DNA of 48,897 nucleotides from a virus (taxonomy: Duplodnaviria; Caudoviricetes), in the IMG/VR virus record IMGVR_UViG_3300044580_000519, positions 1-48,897 of that record. The stretch is one strand, 5' to 3'. Each line of letters opens with the position of its first letter. The stretch's first letter is position 1. Both the position numbers and the translations under genes were made by a program. The notes below the pieces were generated by a model that saw nothing but the letters and a program-made list of their open reading frames with translations, was not told where the DNA came from and ran no database searches. This document shows positions 19,185-27,103 of the stretch, in pieces.

Positions 19185-19883
19185 TTAAACTTCTTTTCCG
19201 CCAAGGCTTTTACCTTCGTCGGTTTTGTCTTTGATGTAGGTTTGAACCCCCGCGCTTACCCCGTCTTGGTTCACGGTTCCAAAGAAGGGCTTACCCTGTT
19301 GTCCTAATCCCTTATCGGCTAATTCTTGGCCGAAGCTGGCTACATCTGTTTTCGTGTCGTTCAAATACTCGTTAAAACCGTCTTCGTCCTTAAAAGTCAT
19401 TCGGTCAAAGTCTTTTAGAACTTTGTTTTTGTAACTTTCCGGCACGTCTGCCAATTCTTTTACAAGTAATTCCCGGCGGTTGGCGGTAATTGCTCCGCCT
19501 TCAAGCGTCGCTACTTTCTCCAAAAGCGGGGTAGTCGCTGCTTTTACGGCTTCCGTAACAATGTTTTGAATTGCTGCCGCGTCTAAGGTTCCCGACGGAA
19601 CTTGTACCGGTGGGGTTTCTTCCGTCTTCTTTTCCGTAAAGTCGTACTTCTTTTTTAGGCCGTCTTCATAGGTTTTGTTAGCCTTAGTAATTTCCGCGTC
19701 GGCTTCTTTTCGCCAATCGTTTACAAAATTGTTTATTTGGTCGGCGGTTAATTTTCCTACGACCGCGTTAGCTTCTTCTTCGGTAGTAACCTGCAACGCC
19801 AAAGCGTTAGCTAATTGGTTAAGCCCGTCCTTACGCACGCCTTGGAAAGCTGCCACAAGTAGTGCTAAAATTTTTTCTTTCAT
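19185..19883 (-). CDS. Capsid scaffolding protein
   Basis: Helical, charged, first gene of head operon. Confidence 0.65.
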   Translation of the reverse strand: MKEKILALLVAAFQGVRKDGLNQLANALALQVTTEEEANAVVGKLTADQINNFVNDWRKEADAEITKANKTYEDGLKKKYDFTEKKTEETPPVQVPSGTLDAAAIQNIVTEAVKAATTPLLEKVATLEGGAITANRRELLVKELADVPESYKNKVLKDFDRMTFKDEDGFNEYLNDTKTDVASFGQELADKGLGQQGKPFFGTVNQDGVSAGVQTYIKDKTDEGKSLGGKEV

Positions 19884-19915
19884 TTTTTTGTAATTAGGTA
19901 TTAATTGAACTTCCG

Positions 19916-19943
19916 CAAAAATAACGTATTACTATAATACGTT
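19916..19943 (-). promoter_or_regulatory. Head-operon promoter (-7 TATTTTTG) abutting operator copy 2 (AACGTATTA-CTA-TAATACGTT)
   Basis: TAnnTTTG at 19916-19923 plus perfect 9-bp-arm palindrome. Confidence 0.75.
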
Positions 19944-20007
19944 TCACGAAACAACTACCCAAGTTTTCAAATTTCTTTCAACAATGAATAAAAACCGGAA
20001 GCCGGAA

Positions 20008-20650
20008 AAGCCCCTTTCGGGCTTCTACAAAGGGTAAAGGAAGCCCCTTCTAAGCCCCTTTGTGTAATAACCGGAAAAATAAACAATAAAAATAGAAGGC
20101 AATGCCACGCAAAACGAAAGGCAAATTAAGGCGTTTTTAAGCCTTTTCTTTTCTTCGGGTAGGGAAACATACCACCGAAGGGGTAAAAGTGCCACAATCG
20201 GAAGAAAAACGGCTAAATTCGGGGCGCGTGTCTGTTTTCTTAATTCCCGTTTTATGAAAAGTCCGAAAAGCCGTTTTTTCAAAACATTTTTTCAAAACAA
20301 AAAATCTTTTTTTCTTTTTTCTTTTTTTCTTCTTTCTTTTTAAACTTAGATATTAATCTTAATATTTAAAACTAATATTATATATCTTTATCCATGAGGG
20401 CTTAGAGGCTCCTTTCAAGCTGGTAGGAAGCCCCTTCTAAGCCCCTTTGCGTTTTGTGGTTAATTCTTTGATAATAAACCAACTGCAAAAATGAAATTTC
20501 AGAAATTACGCGCCGGAAATAAAAGCCCCTTTGTAGCTTCTTGGCAGGGTCTTGGTAGCTTGCCCGAAGGGTGTAGGTAGCTTCTTTTAGGCTCCTTCCA
20601 AGGGGCTAAGGCAGGGGCTTGGGTAGCTCCTTCTTAGGGGCTTCTTAGAC
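20008..20650. repeat. Iteron-like AAGCCCCTT repeat cluster around an AT-rich tract; putative replication origin
   Basis: Six direct copies (20008, 20041, 20052, 20428, 20439, 20523), three inverted AGGGGCT (20601-20643), exact 25-bp repeat 20038/20425, AT-rich 20275-20390. Confidence 0.65.
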
Positions 20651-20749
20651 CCTGCCGAAAAACAACTTTTTTGCGCCGCTTTTTTGGTCAGGTAAAAGGG
20701 AAGTAGTATTTTTGTGGAAATTTATACTAACTATTTAATATTTAATCGT

Positions 20750-21148
20750 ATGAAGAAAATTTTATCTATGCTGTTTTTGGCAAGTGTTGTTTTATTTGCA
20801 GGGTGTTCAAAAGATGGAGAACCGGAATTTTCATTAAAAGGGAAAATCTATGCCGCTTATGCTTATAATGGTGGGGGGTATACTGTTGGGGGAATCTATT
20901 TTGAGCCATACGACGCATATTCTGTATTTAGATTTATATCAGATAATGAAGTTGAAAGAACTACGAGAAAAAATAATCCCAAAGGTGGTATTATTGGAGA
21001 ATTGGAAAAAGGCACTTATGTACTTAATTATCCAAACTTAATAATCAATATAGAAGATCGAGACAAACCTTATGATTGTGCGTTTGTAGATGAAAACACT
21101 TTTAGGACTGGAGCCGGATATGATGTATTAGAATATATTAAACAATAA
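20750..21148 (+). CDS. Accessory lipoprotein (moron; possible superinfection exclusion)
   Basis: MKKILSMLFLASVVLFAGC lipobox; AT-rich; own -7 box TATTTTTG at 20707-20714 and hairpin at 21148-21171. Confidence 0.75.
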   Translation: MKKILSMLFLASVVLFAGCSKDGEPEFSLKGKIYAAYAYNGGGYTVGGIYFEPYDAYSVFRFISDNEVERTTRKNNPKGGIIGELEKGTYVLNYPNLIINIEDRDKPYDCAFVDENTFRTGAGYDVLEYIKQ

Positions 21149-21180
21149 AAAAGGGCGCAAAGGCCTTTTTATTTCAAAAC

Positions 21181-21201
21181 AACGTATTACTATAATACGT
21201 T
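21181..21201. promoter_or_regulatory. Palindromic operator copy 3
   Basis: 21-bp identical to 19923-19943. Confidence 0.7.
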
Positions 21202-21267
21202 TTGAGTATTTTTTGCTATTTTTGTATCGGCAAACGCAATGTAGCTTTGCCGAATACAAAAAATATT

Positions 21268-21624
21268 ATGGAAAATATTTTAGCTATTGAACATTCAGAC
21301 CAAGAATTACGCTTAAAATGCCTTGAATTTGTTTTAGGGCATGAAGGAAGGTTAGATTTTCCCCTTTACCAAATGGTAGAAGCGGATATACTTTTTCGGT
21401 ATGTAAAAAACGGAAGTATTCCTACGGCCGGAAAAACCTACAATCCAAACGAAAATCTTGCGGGCCGGTTAATCGAAAAAGCCCTTAATTTGATTGTAGA
21501 AGAACGTAATAATAGTAATCAATCCGCCCAAAGCAGCAATAAGGATACCGATAATTTGGATATACCGGAAAGCCTTATTTTTCGCTTCGTTTCTCGTTTC
21601 CGAAGGAAAAAGCCCGTTTTTTAA
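21268..21624 (+). CDS. Hypothetical protein (start revised to ATG 21268)
   Basis: -7 box TATTTTTG at 21217-21224; globular-looking N-terminal half; 3' end overlaps opposite gene. Confidence 0.55.
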   Translation: MENILAIEHSDQELRLKCLEFVLGHEGRLDFPLYQMVEADILFRYVKNGSIPTAGKTYNPNENLAGRLIEKALNLIVEERNNSNQSAQSSNKDTDNLDIPESLIFRFVSRFRRKKPVF

Positions 21625-21888
21625 TGCGGTTTCGCCCGCTTTTGTTGTTTGGTAGTATTTAGGAAGGTCGTTTGTATAAACCCAGTTGCCGGACTCGTTT
21701 TGTTCGGCTTCGCTGTTTATATATTCAATAAGACCGCGCGAACTTAACAAGTCGATTATCTTACTTTCATATACAGAATTATCAGGATATTGCTTGCAAA
21801 GTTTCTGTATTTTATTCCTTTCCCTTAACCCTTTTCGTTCTTTGTATTGCAATAAAACAAGGTTATAGCGGTCGTTCGGGTTATTCAT
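21469..21888 (-). CDS. Hypothetical winged-helix-like protein with C-terminal TM helix
   Basis: LLSSRGLI..YQTTKAG pattern, TM IQIIGILIAALGGLITIITFF; promoter TAACTTTG at 21905-21912. Confidence 0.65.
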   Translation of the reverse strand: MNNPNDRYNLVLLQYKERKGLRERNKIQKLCKQYPDNSVYESKIIDLLSSRGLIEYINSEAEQNESGNWVYTNDLPKYYQTTKAGETALKNGLFPSETRNEAKNKAFRYIQIIGILIAALGGLITIITFFYNQIKGFFD

Positions 21889-21904
21889 AACTATTTTTTT
21901 TTCG

Positions 21905-21952
21905 CAAAGTTAGCCTTTTATTTGCGCAATGCAAATAAATGAATTACTTTTG
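21905..21952. promoter_or_regulatory. Divergent promoter pair with palindrome TTTATTTGC-N5-GCAAATAAA (21917-21939)
   Basis: Plus strand TTTG 21921 / TACTTTTG 21945; minus strand TTTG 21932-21935 / TAACTTTG 21905-21912; 19-20 nt spacing. Confidence 0.7.
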
Positions 21953-22141
21953 CCGTGCTTAACAATCTCAAGGGCGGAATACCCGCCAATTCATTAGCGG
22001 GCTTTTTTATGTCCGTTATATAATATATGCGGCTTCGTACCCCCGTGTAGAACTGTAATAGAACTACAGCCCTTGAGGTGTTAAGCAACGGGAAAGGCGG
22101 GGCCGTTTTTCTTTGCCTATAATCCATTAAATGCTTAACAA
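21953..22141 (+). ncRNA. Structured leader of antirepressor: putative c4/CI-like antisense RNA with targets and attenuator
   Basis: 22069-22091 complementary to 21953-21975 and partly to 22132-22140; terminator 21982-22008; closing stem 22029-22037 with 22098-22106. Confidence 0.65.
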
Positions 22142-23080
22142 ATGGAGTCAATTAAAATTTTTCAAAATCCCGCCTTTGGCCAAATGCGGGTACAATCAAC
22201 CGAAAAAGGCGAAGCCTTATTTTGCCTTAATGATGTCCGTAATATACTATCGTTATCCCATGTTACGGAATTAAGAAAACGCCTAAAAGAAAAGGGGTGC
22301 ATTTCTATTGCAGTCCCTACAAACGGCGGTATTCAACAAATGTATTTCATCGACGAACCCAACCTTTACCGTTGTGTTTTCCAAAGTCGGAAAAAAGAAG
22401 CCGAATCTTTCCAAGACTGGGTAGTAGAAGAAGTATTACCTTCAATCCGTCAAACGGGCGGCTATGTGGTTCCGGGCGTGAAGCTACGCCAAGCGTCGGA
22501 CGTGTATCCGTACCGTGTTTTCTCTCATGCTAAATTTGGCGAAATCCGTACCCGTATCTATAACGGGGAAGTAGTTTTTTGCTTTGTAGATGTTTGGCGC
22601 GCATTGGGCTTTAATAACGGTTCGTTGCTGAAACAAAAGCTAAACCTTAATACGTTTCGCTACCTCGAAACGCCAACCAATAGCGGGATACAGGTAGCCG
22701 GGTATATTGACGAAGAAAACCTTTCCCGCTGTATCTTCCGTAGCAATAGTAAGGATGTGGGTTTATTCCAAACGTGGGTAGAAAAAGAAATACTTACCGC
22801 TATGCGTTCGGAACCCAAGGCAATGGCCCCAGAAGAAGTGGAAGAAGTTAAGGCTTTACCCGAAGTTGTACCTATGAAACTTTGCCCGGAACTATCCGAA
22901 ATAATAGGCGGTACGGTTATACTCATACAACAACTTAACCGCTACAAAACAATAGCCGGTATAACAAGCGAAAACGTTACAATGAATATAGCCGAAAATT
23001 CGCTAAACATGGTAAAGGCTTCGCTTACTACCCTATACCAAGAAGCGTATATAAAAGACTTGGAAAACAAGTTAATCTAA
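22142..23080 (+). CDS. Antirepressor with two tandem BRO-N domains
   Basis: FQNPAFGQMR..IDEPNLYRCVFQSRKKEAESFQDWVVEEVLPSIRQTGGY and a second copy FSHAKFGEIR..IDEENLSRCIFRS..FQTWVEKEIL. Confidence 0.9.
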   Translation: MESIKIFQNPAFGQMRVQSTEKGEALFCLNDVRNILSLSHVTELRKRLKEKGCISIAVPTNGGIQQMYFIDEPNLYRCVFQSRKKEAESFQDWVVEEVLPSIRQTGGYVVPGVKLRQASDVYPYRVFSHAKFGEIRTRIYNGEVVFCFVDVWRALGFNNGSLLKQKLNLNTFRYLETPTNSGIQVAGYIDEENLSRCIFRSNSKDVGLFQTWVEKEILTAMRSEPKAMAPEEVEEVKALPEVVPMKLCPELSEIIGGTVILIQQLNRYKTIAGITSENVTMNIAENSLNMVKASLTTLYQEAYIKDLENKLI

Positions 23081-23085
23081 AAAAC

Positions 23086-23110
23086 AAAAGGGGTAATTAC
23101 TACCCCTTTT
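23086..23110. terminator. Bidirectional terminator
   Basis: AAAAGGGGTA-ATTAC-TACCCCTTTT between convergent genes. Confidence 0.75.
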
Positions 23111-23300
23111 TATTTTCGTCTTCGCTTTCGTCGTCTTCTTCCGACATAGCGTCGGTTTCTGCCTGCCAACGGTCAATAGCGGTAGCGTTCCGTTTATAGA
23201 ACTTCTTCCGCTCCTTTTCCGGCGTTTTCTCCCATTCTAACCGCGCTTGTACAAAGGGGTCGGAAAGGTCTAAGGCTGCTAATCTTTCTTTATCTGTCAT
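23100..23300 (-). CDS. Small acidic protein, candidate immunity for MuF-ART
   Basis: 66 aa, ATGA-coupled to MuF-ART stop. Confidence 0.5.
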   Translation of the reverse strand: MTDKERLAALDLSDPFVQARLEWEKTPEKERKKFYKRNATAIDRWQAETDAMSEEDDESEDENKKG

Positions 23301-24991
23301 AACTCAACCAATTTTATACGAATATCCCCGAACAAATCTACCCTATTAGAAACAATTTTAAAACGGGTTCCGTTTGTAAATAATACTTCGCGTTGGTTAT
23401 CAGGTGCAAATTTACCGTTAAATTCTGAAATATCGGATATGTCCCGGCCCTTTTTACTCTGAATCTCAAATAATACCCTTACTTCGTTCTTTTTCAAATC
23501 TCGATAGCTGGCAAATCTAAAGGCTGTTCCCGCGTCTTTGCTTGCCGAAGTAAATATACTATGAGTTATTTCGTTTTTCCCTTCGTATAGGCTTTCGTAT
23601 TCCTTCCGTTTCATAATAGAACCCCGGTAAACTATACCCTTGTACGCTGGAAGTGAAGCTAACCCTTTCGCCATAAGCGAAGCCGAAGCCTTGTTAAACT
23701 CGGTAAGCGTTCCTTTATTCAACTGTTTGTTAAGTTGCCGGTAATTACCGCCCTGCTTGGTGTAGTGGTGCAAAGCTGCAAGGTTCGTATTCGCTATTTT
23801 CGGGTACAGTTCGCTAAGTTCCTTTACGGCTCGTTCCATTGCTTCTATGGTCTTCCTTGCCCTTGTAAACTTCCTTTCTTGTGGGTTATATGTATCTACT
23901 TTGAAGTCATTAATAAACTGTTTATTATCCTTTACGAAGAAGGGCATATTTCCCCAACCTTTCGCGCGTTCACGGTTATTTTCTATCCAATCAAAGAAAC
24001 CCTTCGGGGGTTGCTTTATTTCGGTAGACGGCTTCCATTCGTCTAACTTCCCGGCCTGTATTGCCTTTTGCCTTGCCTTAAAATCTTCGTCGCTTATCAT
24101 TATCGGAACCATACGACAGCGGCAATGTGGATGCCAACCCGTCCAAAGGAACGTTTTAGGGTATGAACCTACCATAACGTCGCAAATGTCGTACAACGTC
24201 CTAACTTGCCCGTTAATTACTACGGTGTGGTTATTGCTTAGTTCTATTCTATAACCAATAATAAGCGGGTTATTTTGGTAGCTCTCCCACTCGGCGCGCC
24301 TGTAAGCCGCGTTTACTTCCGTAATAGCCAATCGTAAGGCGTTCTTATAGGCTGAACGGTAAACGCCGGGGCCGGGATGATATTTTTTAGCGGCTTCGCT
24401 TAATTCTAATTCGTCCGTTTCCTTGTTTCGTACCCGCCTATATAATTTATCGGGTTCGTTTAGGTAGTCTTTAAGTCCCCGGCTTATTTCGTCCGCGCTT
24501 TTACCTTCTAAAATACCGTTTTGTATTATTACTTCAAGGTCTTTTTTTGCGTTTCCTGCTAAGTTCCAAACCCTATTAGATAGCGTTAAGCCCCCTTCTT
24601 TTCGGGCTGCGAAGGTGTGGGCCGTCATACCCTTTACCCTTTGGTCTTTAACTGCTTTTTCTAATATGGTATTTACTTCTTTCGAGTTTTCCCCTTTTCC
24701 GAAACGGTCTAAAATAGTGTCCTTTACTTCGTCTTCGCCTAATTTCCAAGCCCCCGTAATTCCGTTCTGAATGGTTTTGCCGGTTACTTTGGCGAGTAAT
24801 TGTAGTTGCTTGTTAAGTTGGCGTTCGGCGGCCGGGTTCCCATGCCATGTGAATTGCTGCCCGCTTTCTATCGCTTTCCTAACCTCTGCCAGATTTAACG
24901 CTTCGGCGTAGGAATCACCGAACAACCCCTTTAGCTGTGCTTCAAGTTGTTGTATATAGGCTAATAGTTGTTGTTCGCGTCGTCTATCCAT
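23297..24991 (-). CDS. MuF/SPP1 gp7-like head morphogenesis protein with C-terminal ADP-ribosyltransferase domain
   Basis: RLAITE and WHPHCRC MuF motifs; ART R-S-E motifs VYRG, FTSAS, QREVLF. Confidence 0.85.
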   Translation of the reverse strand: MDRRREQQLLAYIQQLEAQLKGLFGDSYAEALNLAEVRKAIESGQQFTWHGNPAAERQLNKQLQLLAKVTGKTIQNGITGAWKLGEDEVKDTILDRFGKGENSKEVNTILEKAVKDQRVKGMTAHTFAARKEGGLTLSNRVWNLAGNAKKDLEVIIQNGILEGKSADEISRGLKDYLNEPDKLYRRVRNKETDELELSEAAKKYHPGPGVYRSAYKNALRLAITEVNAAYRRAEWESYQNNPLIIGYRIELSNNHTVVINGQVRTLYDICDVMVGSYPKTFLWTGWHPHCRCRMVPIMISDEDFKARQKAIQAGKLDEWKPSTEIKQPPKGFFDWIENNRERAKGWGNMPFFVKDNKQFINDFKVDTYNPQERKFTRARKTIEAMERAVKELSELYPKIANTNLAALHHYTKQGGNYRQLNKQLNKGTLTEFNKASASLMAKGLASLPAYKGIVYRGSIMKRKEYESLYEGKNEITHSIFTSASKDAGTAFRFASYRDLKKNEVRVLFEIQSKKGRDISDISEFNGKFAPDNQREVLFTNGTRFKIVSNRVDLFGDIRIKLVEL

Positions 24992-25440
24992 TATTCAAAT
25001 ACTAATCTTAAATTTTTTTCTAAAATGGTATAGGCTTCTAAACAAGGCCCGGTAATAACGTCGTAGCCCTTACTTTCAACGTACAAAGCGTAATCTTCCC
25101 CGGCGACTATAACGCCTACCAGGTCGTTAGGGAATTCCTTAGCGGCTTCTTCCGCTACCTTCTTACCTTTCTCTATTCCGGTTGTTCCGGCTCCTTTAGT
25201 TCCGCCCCCGCTTTGGGTAAATTGTTCCGCTACCTTTTCGCCGTTGTTATATACTACGTAACCAATGGAAGAACGCAAATTATTAGTTTGGTCTTGGTAC
25301 GTGTCTAACTGCTTGGCCTTTGTTGTTATTTCAAGACAAGTCTTTTCCATAGCCTCTATAACGCCTACTACAATCGCGTTAATTTTACGGCCTATTTCGT
25401 TAAAAATGTCGTCTATGTTAAACTTCGGTTCTATTCCCAT
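24991..25440 (-). CDS. HK97 gp10-like neck/tail completion protein
   Basis: DQTNNLRSSIGY and YALYVESKGYDV motifs. Confidence 0.7.
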   Translation of the reverse strand: MGIEPKFNIDDIFNEIGRKINAIVVGVIEAMEKTCLEITTKAKQLDTYQDQTNNLRSSIGYVVYNNGEKVAEQFTQSGGGTKGAGTTGIEKGKKVAEEAAKEFPNDLVGVIVAGEDYALYVESKGYDVITGPCLEAYTILEKNLRLVFE

Positions 25441-25612
25441 TGTCCCGTTTCTTTTCGTAGTATCTGCAAACGTGCGCCCAGTAACCTTTTTTATAGCCGT
25501 CGGGGTTCGCTTGCTTGTTACTACAATCTATTAGGTAATTTTCTACCGTACCGCCAAAAAAGCAATCTTTACAGAATACTTTCGGTTCTTCTTTCTGTAA
25601 TTTCTTAGCCAT
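25418..25612 (-). CDS. Small Cys-rich hypothetical protein
   Basis: CKDC..C..C pattern; coupled to portal. Confidence 0.55.
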   Translation of the reverse strand: MAKKLQKEEPKVFCKDCFFGGTVENYLIDCSNKQANPDGYKKGYWAHVCRYYEKKRDNGNRTEV

Positions 25613-27078
25613 TATACCGTAGGTTCAAATACGTTAGTATAAGCCGAAAGCGTACTTTCTTCCTGTATTTGTTCGTATTCCGCTTCGGTATCGTTTACCC
25701 AGCCCAACTGTTGTACCGTTGTCTTTTGGGAAGCTACCGACTTACCGCCGTTGGCCGCTACAAGTAAATCTACTTTCGCTTTTTCGTCTTCAATCATAAA
25801 CGGCACTATTTCCGGTTCAATAGTAAGGCTTTGGCAAGCGGCTTTAAACTCACTATCCTTTTTGTTCATTTCTGACAAGTACGCTTGTACAATGCTTAAC
25901 CGGCGTTGTAAATAGTCGTCGAAAATTTCCATTTTATCCTGTACTTTCAGGTGTGCGTCCAAGAAAAGAAGTTTTAAGGCAATACCGGAAATAGCCCCCA
26001 GGCCCTTAACGGCTTCAAAAGAAATGTCTGGCGTTTGGGTAATAGTGTAAATCATTCGTAGAAGTGTTTCTATTTCAAGTTTTACACTTTCCGGTGCGTG
26101 CTGCCAAGACAAATATTTTGCGTCTGCGTCGTCGCCTTCAAGTTCCAATATACCGCCACTTTCTCCTTTCTTGGCAAAGCCTAATACCGTCCCTTTAACT
26201 ACTATTTTCGGGCTTGCGTGGTAGTCGTTAGTATCTGCGAAGTTGGAAAGAAGTTTTTCCAATCTATCTATAAGCCCTTGTACGTCTTCCCACTCTACGG
26301 CGGGTTGTCTTCCGTAAATAACCGGAATCTTACCTATTGTATTGATTTTTGGATAACCTTCTACTACTTCCCATTGGTTGTTAGTGGTAATCCACATTTG
26401 GTGTAATTGTTCCGTATAGGTTTCAAAATAGGTAAATTTTACCCCTGCGTTATCCTTACGGGTAAATTCGCGGGAAAAGGCTACCATGTCGCCTGTTTCA
26501 TCGAAATAGGGGTAAAGTTTATCCCCAAGCAAAGGGCTAAAAATAGCAACCCGAAGTTTATAATTAGAAGGAAAGCCATAGTTATTATTAGGCTTTTCTA
26601 CCGGATACCAACGTTCCGCCGCTTCGGTACAACTGAAAATATTACGGGCTATTTTCCGGTTTAAAGTCCGGCTTTTAGTGTCGAAAAGAACGCGCTTAAC
26701 CGCTTTAAGTACGTCTTCTTCCTTGCTTCCTTCTTCCGGTTCCGCGTTAAGTCCTACAGGGTTGCCGAAGGTAAAAGCTACGGCCCGTTTTACTATAAGT
26801 TTTTGAAGTGCCAAGGCTATACGGGCTACTTTCTCGGTACGGGTATTCTCTGCCGTTTCCCCACCGCTTGTAACCTGTATTACCGTCCCGGTATCTTCGG
26901 GCTTATCTACCTTTACTTTCTTATCCGGCCGCTTTACCCGGTCGTTAATGTCGTGTTCTTCCGGGTTAAGTTGCGCTTCAAAACTTTCTACTTCGGGGTC
27001 GGCTGCATTGCGTCCCGTCTTCAATTCCGCGATAACTGTATTATAGTCTTCGCTGGCTAATAGTTTTTTAATATCCAT
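25612..27078 (-). CDS. Portal protein, SPP1 type
   Basis: 488 aa after terminase; IGKIPVIY, TPDISF, SGIALK motifs. Confidence 0.9.
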   Translation of the reverse strand: MDIKKLLASEDYNTVIAELKTGRNAADPEVESFEAQLNPEEHDINDRVKRPDKKVKVDKPEDTGTVIQVTSGGETAENTRTEKVARIALALQKLIVKRAVAFTFGNPVGLNAEPEEGSKEEDVLKAVKRVLFDTKSRTLNRKIARNIFSCTEAAERWYPVEKPNNNYGFPSNYKLRVAIFSPLLGDKLYPYFDETGDMVAFSREFTRKDNAGVKFTYFETYTEQLHQMWITTNNQWEVVEGYPKINTIGKIPVIYGRQPAVEWEDVQGLIDRLEKLLSNFADTNDYHASPKIVVKGTVLGFAKKGESGGILELEGDDADAKYLSWQHAPESVKLEIETLLRMIYTITQTPDISFEAVKGLGAISGIALKLLFLDAHLKVQDKMEIFDDYLQRRLSIVQAYLSEMNKKDSEFKAACQSLTIEPEIVPFMIEDEKAKVDLLVAANGGKSVASQKTTVQQLGWVNDTEAEYEQIQEESTLSAYTNVFEPTV

Positions 27079-27103
27079 ATCAATAAAATTTAGTTCGTTA
27101 GTT

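Noticed and set aside
20025-20282. 85-aa hydrophobic ORF
   Set aside because: Non-ATG start inside the repeat-rich region; better explained as non-coding, though not excluded
22029-22106. Multi-stem fold as a tRNA
   Set aside because: No TTC-containing T-loop at the right position or canonical acceptor/anticodon geometry
21918-22151. 77-aa minus-strand ORF
   Set aside because: Overlaps promoters and structured leader of the BRO gene; no independent support
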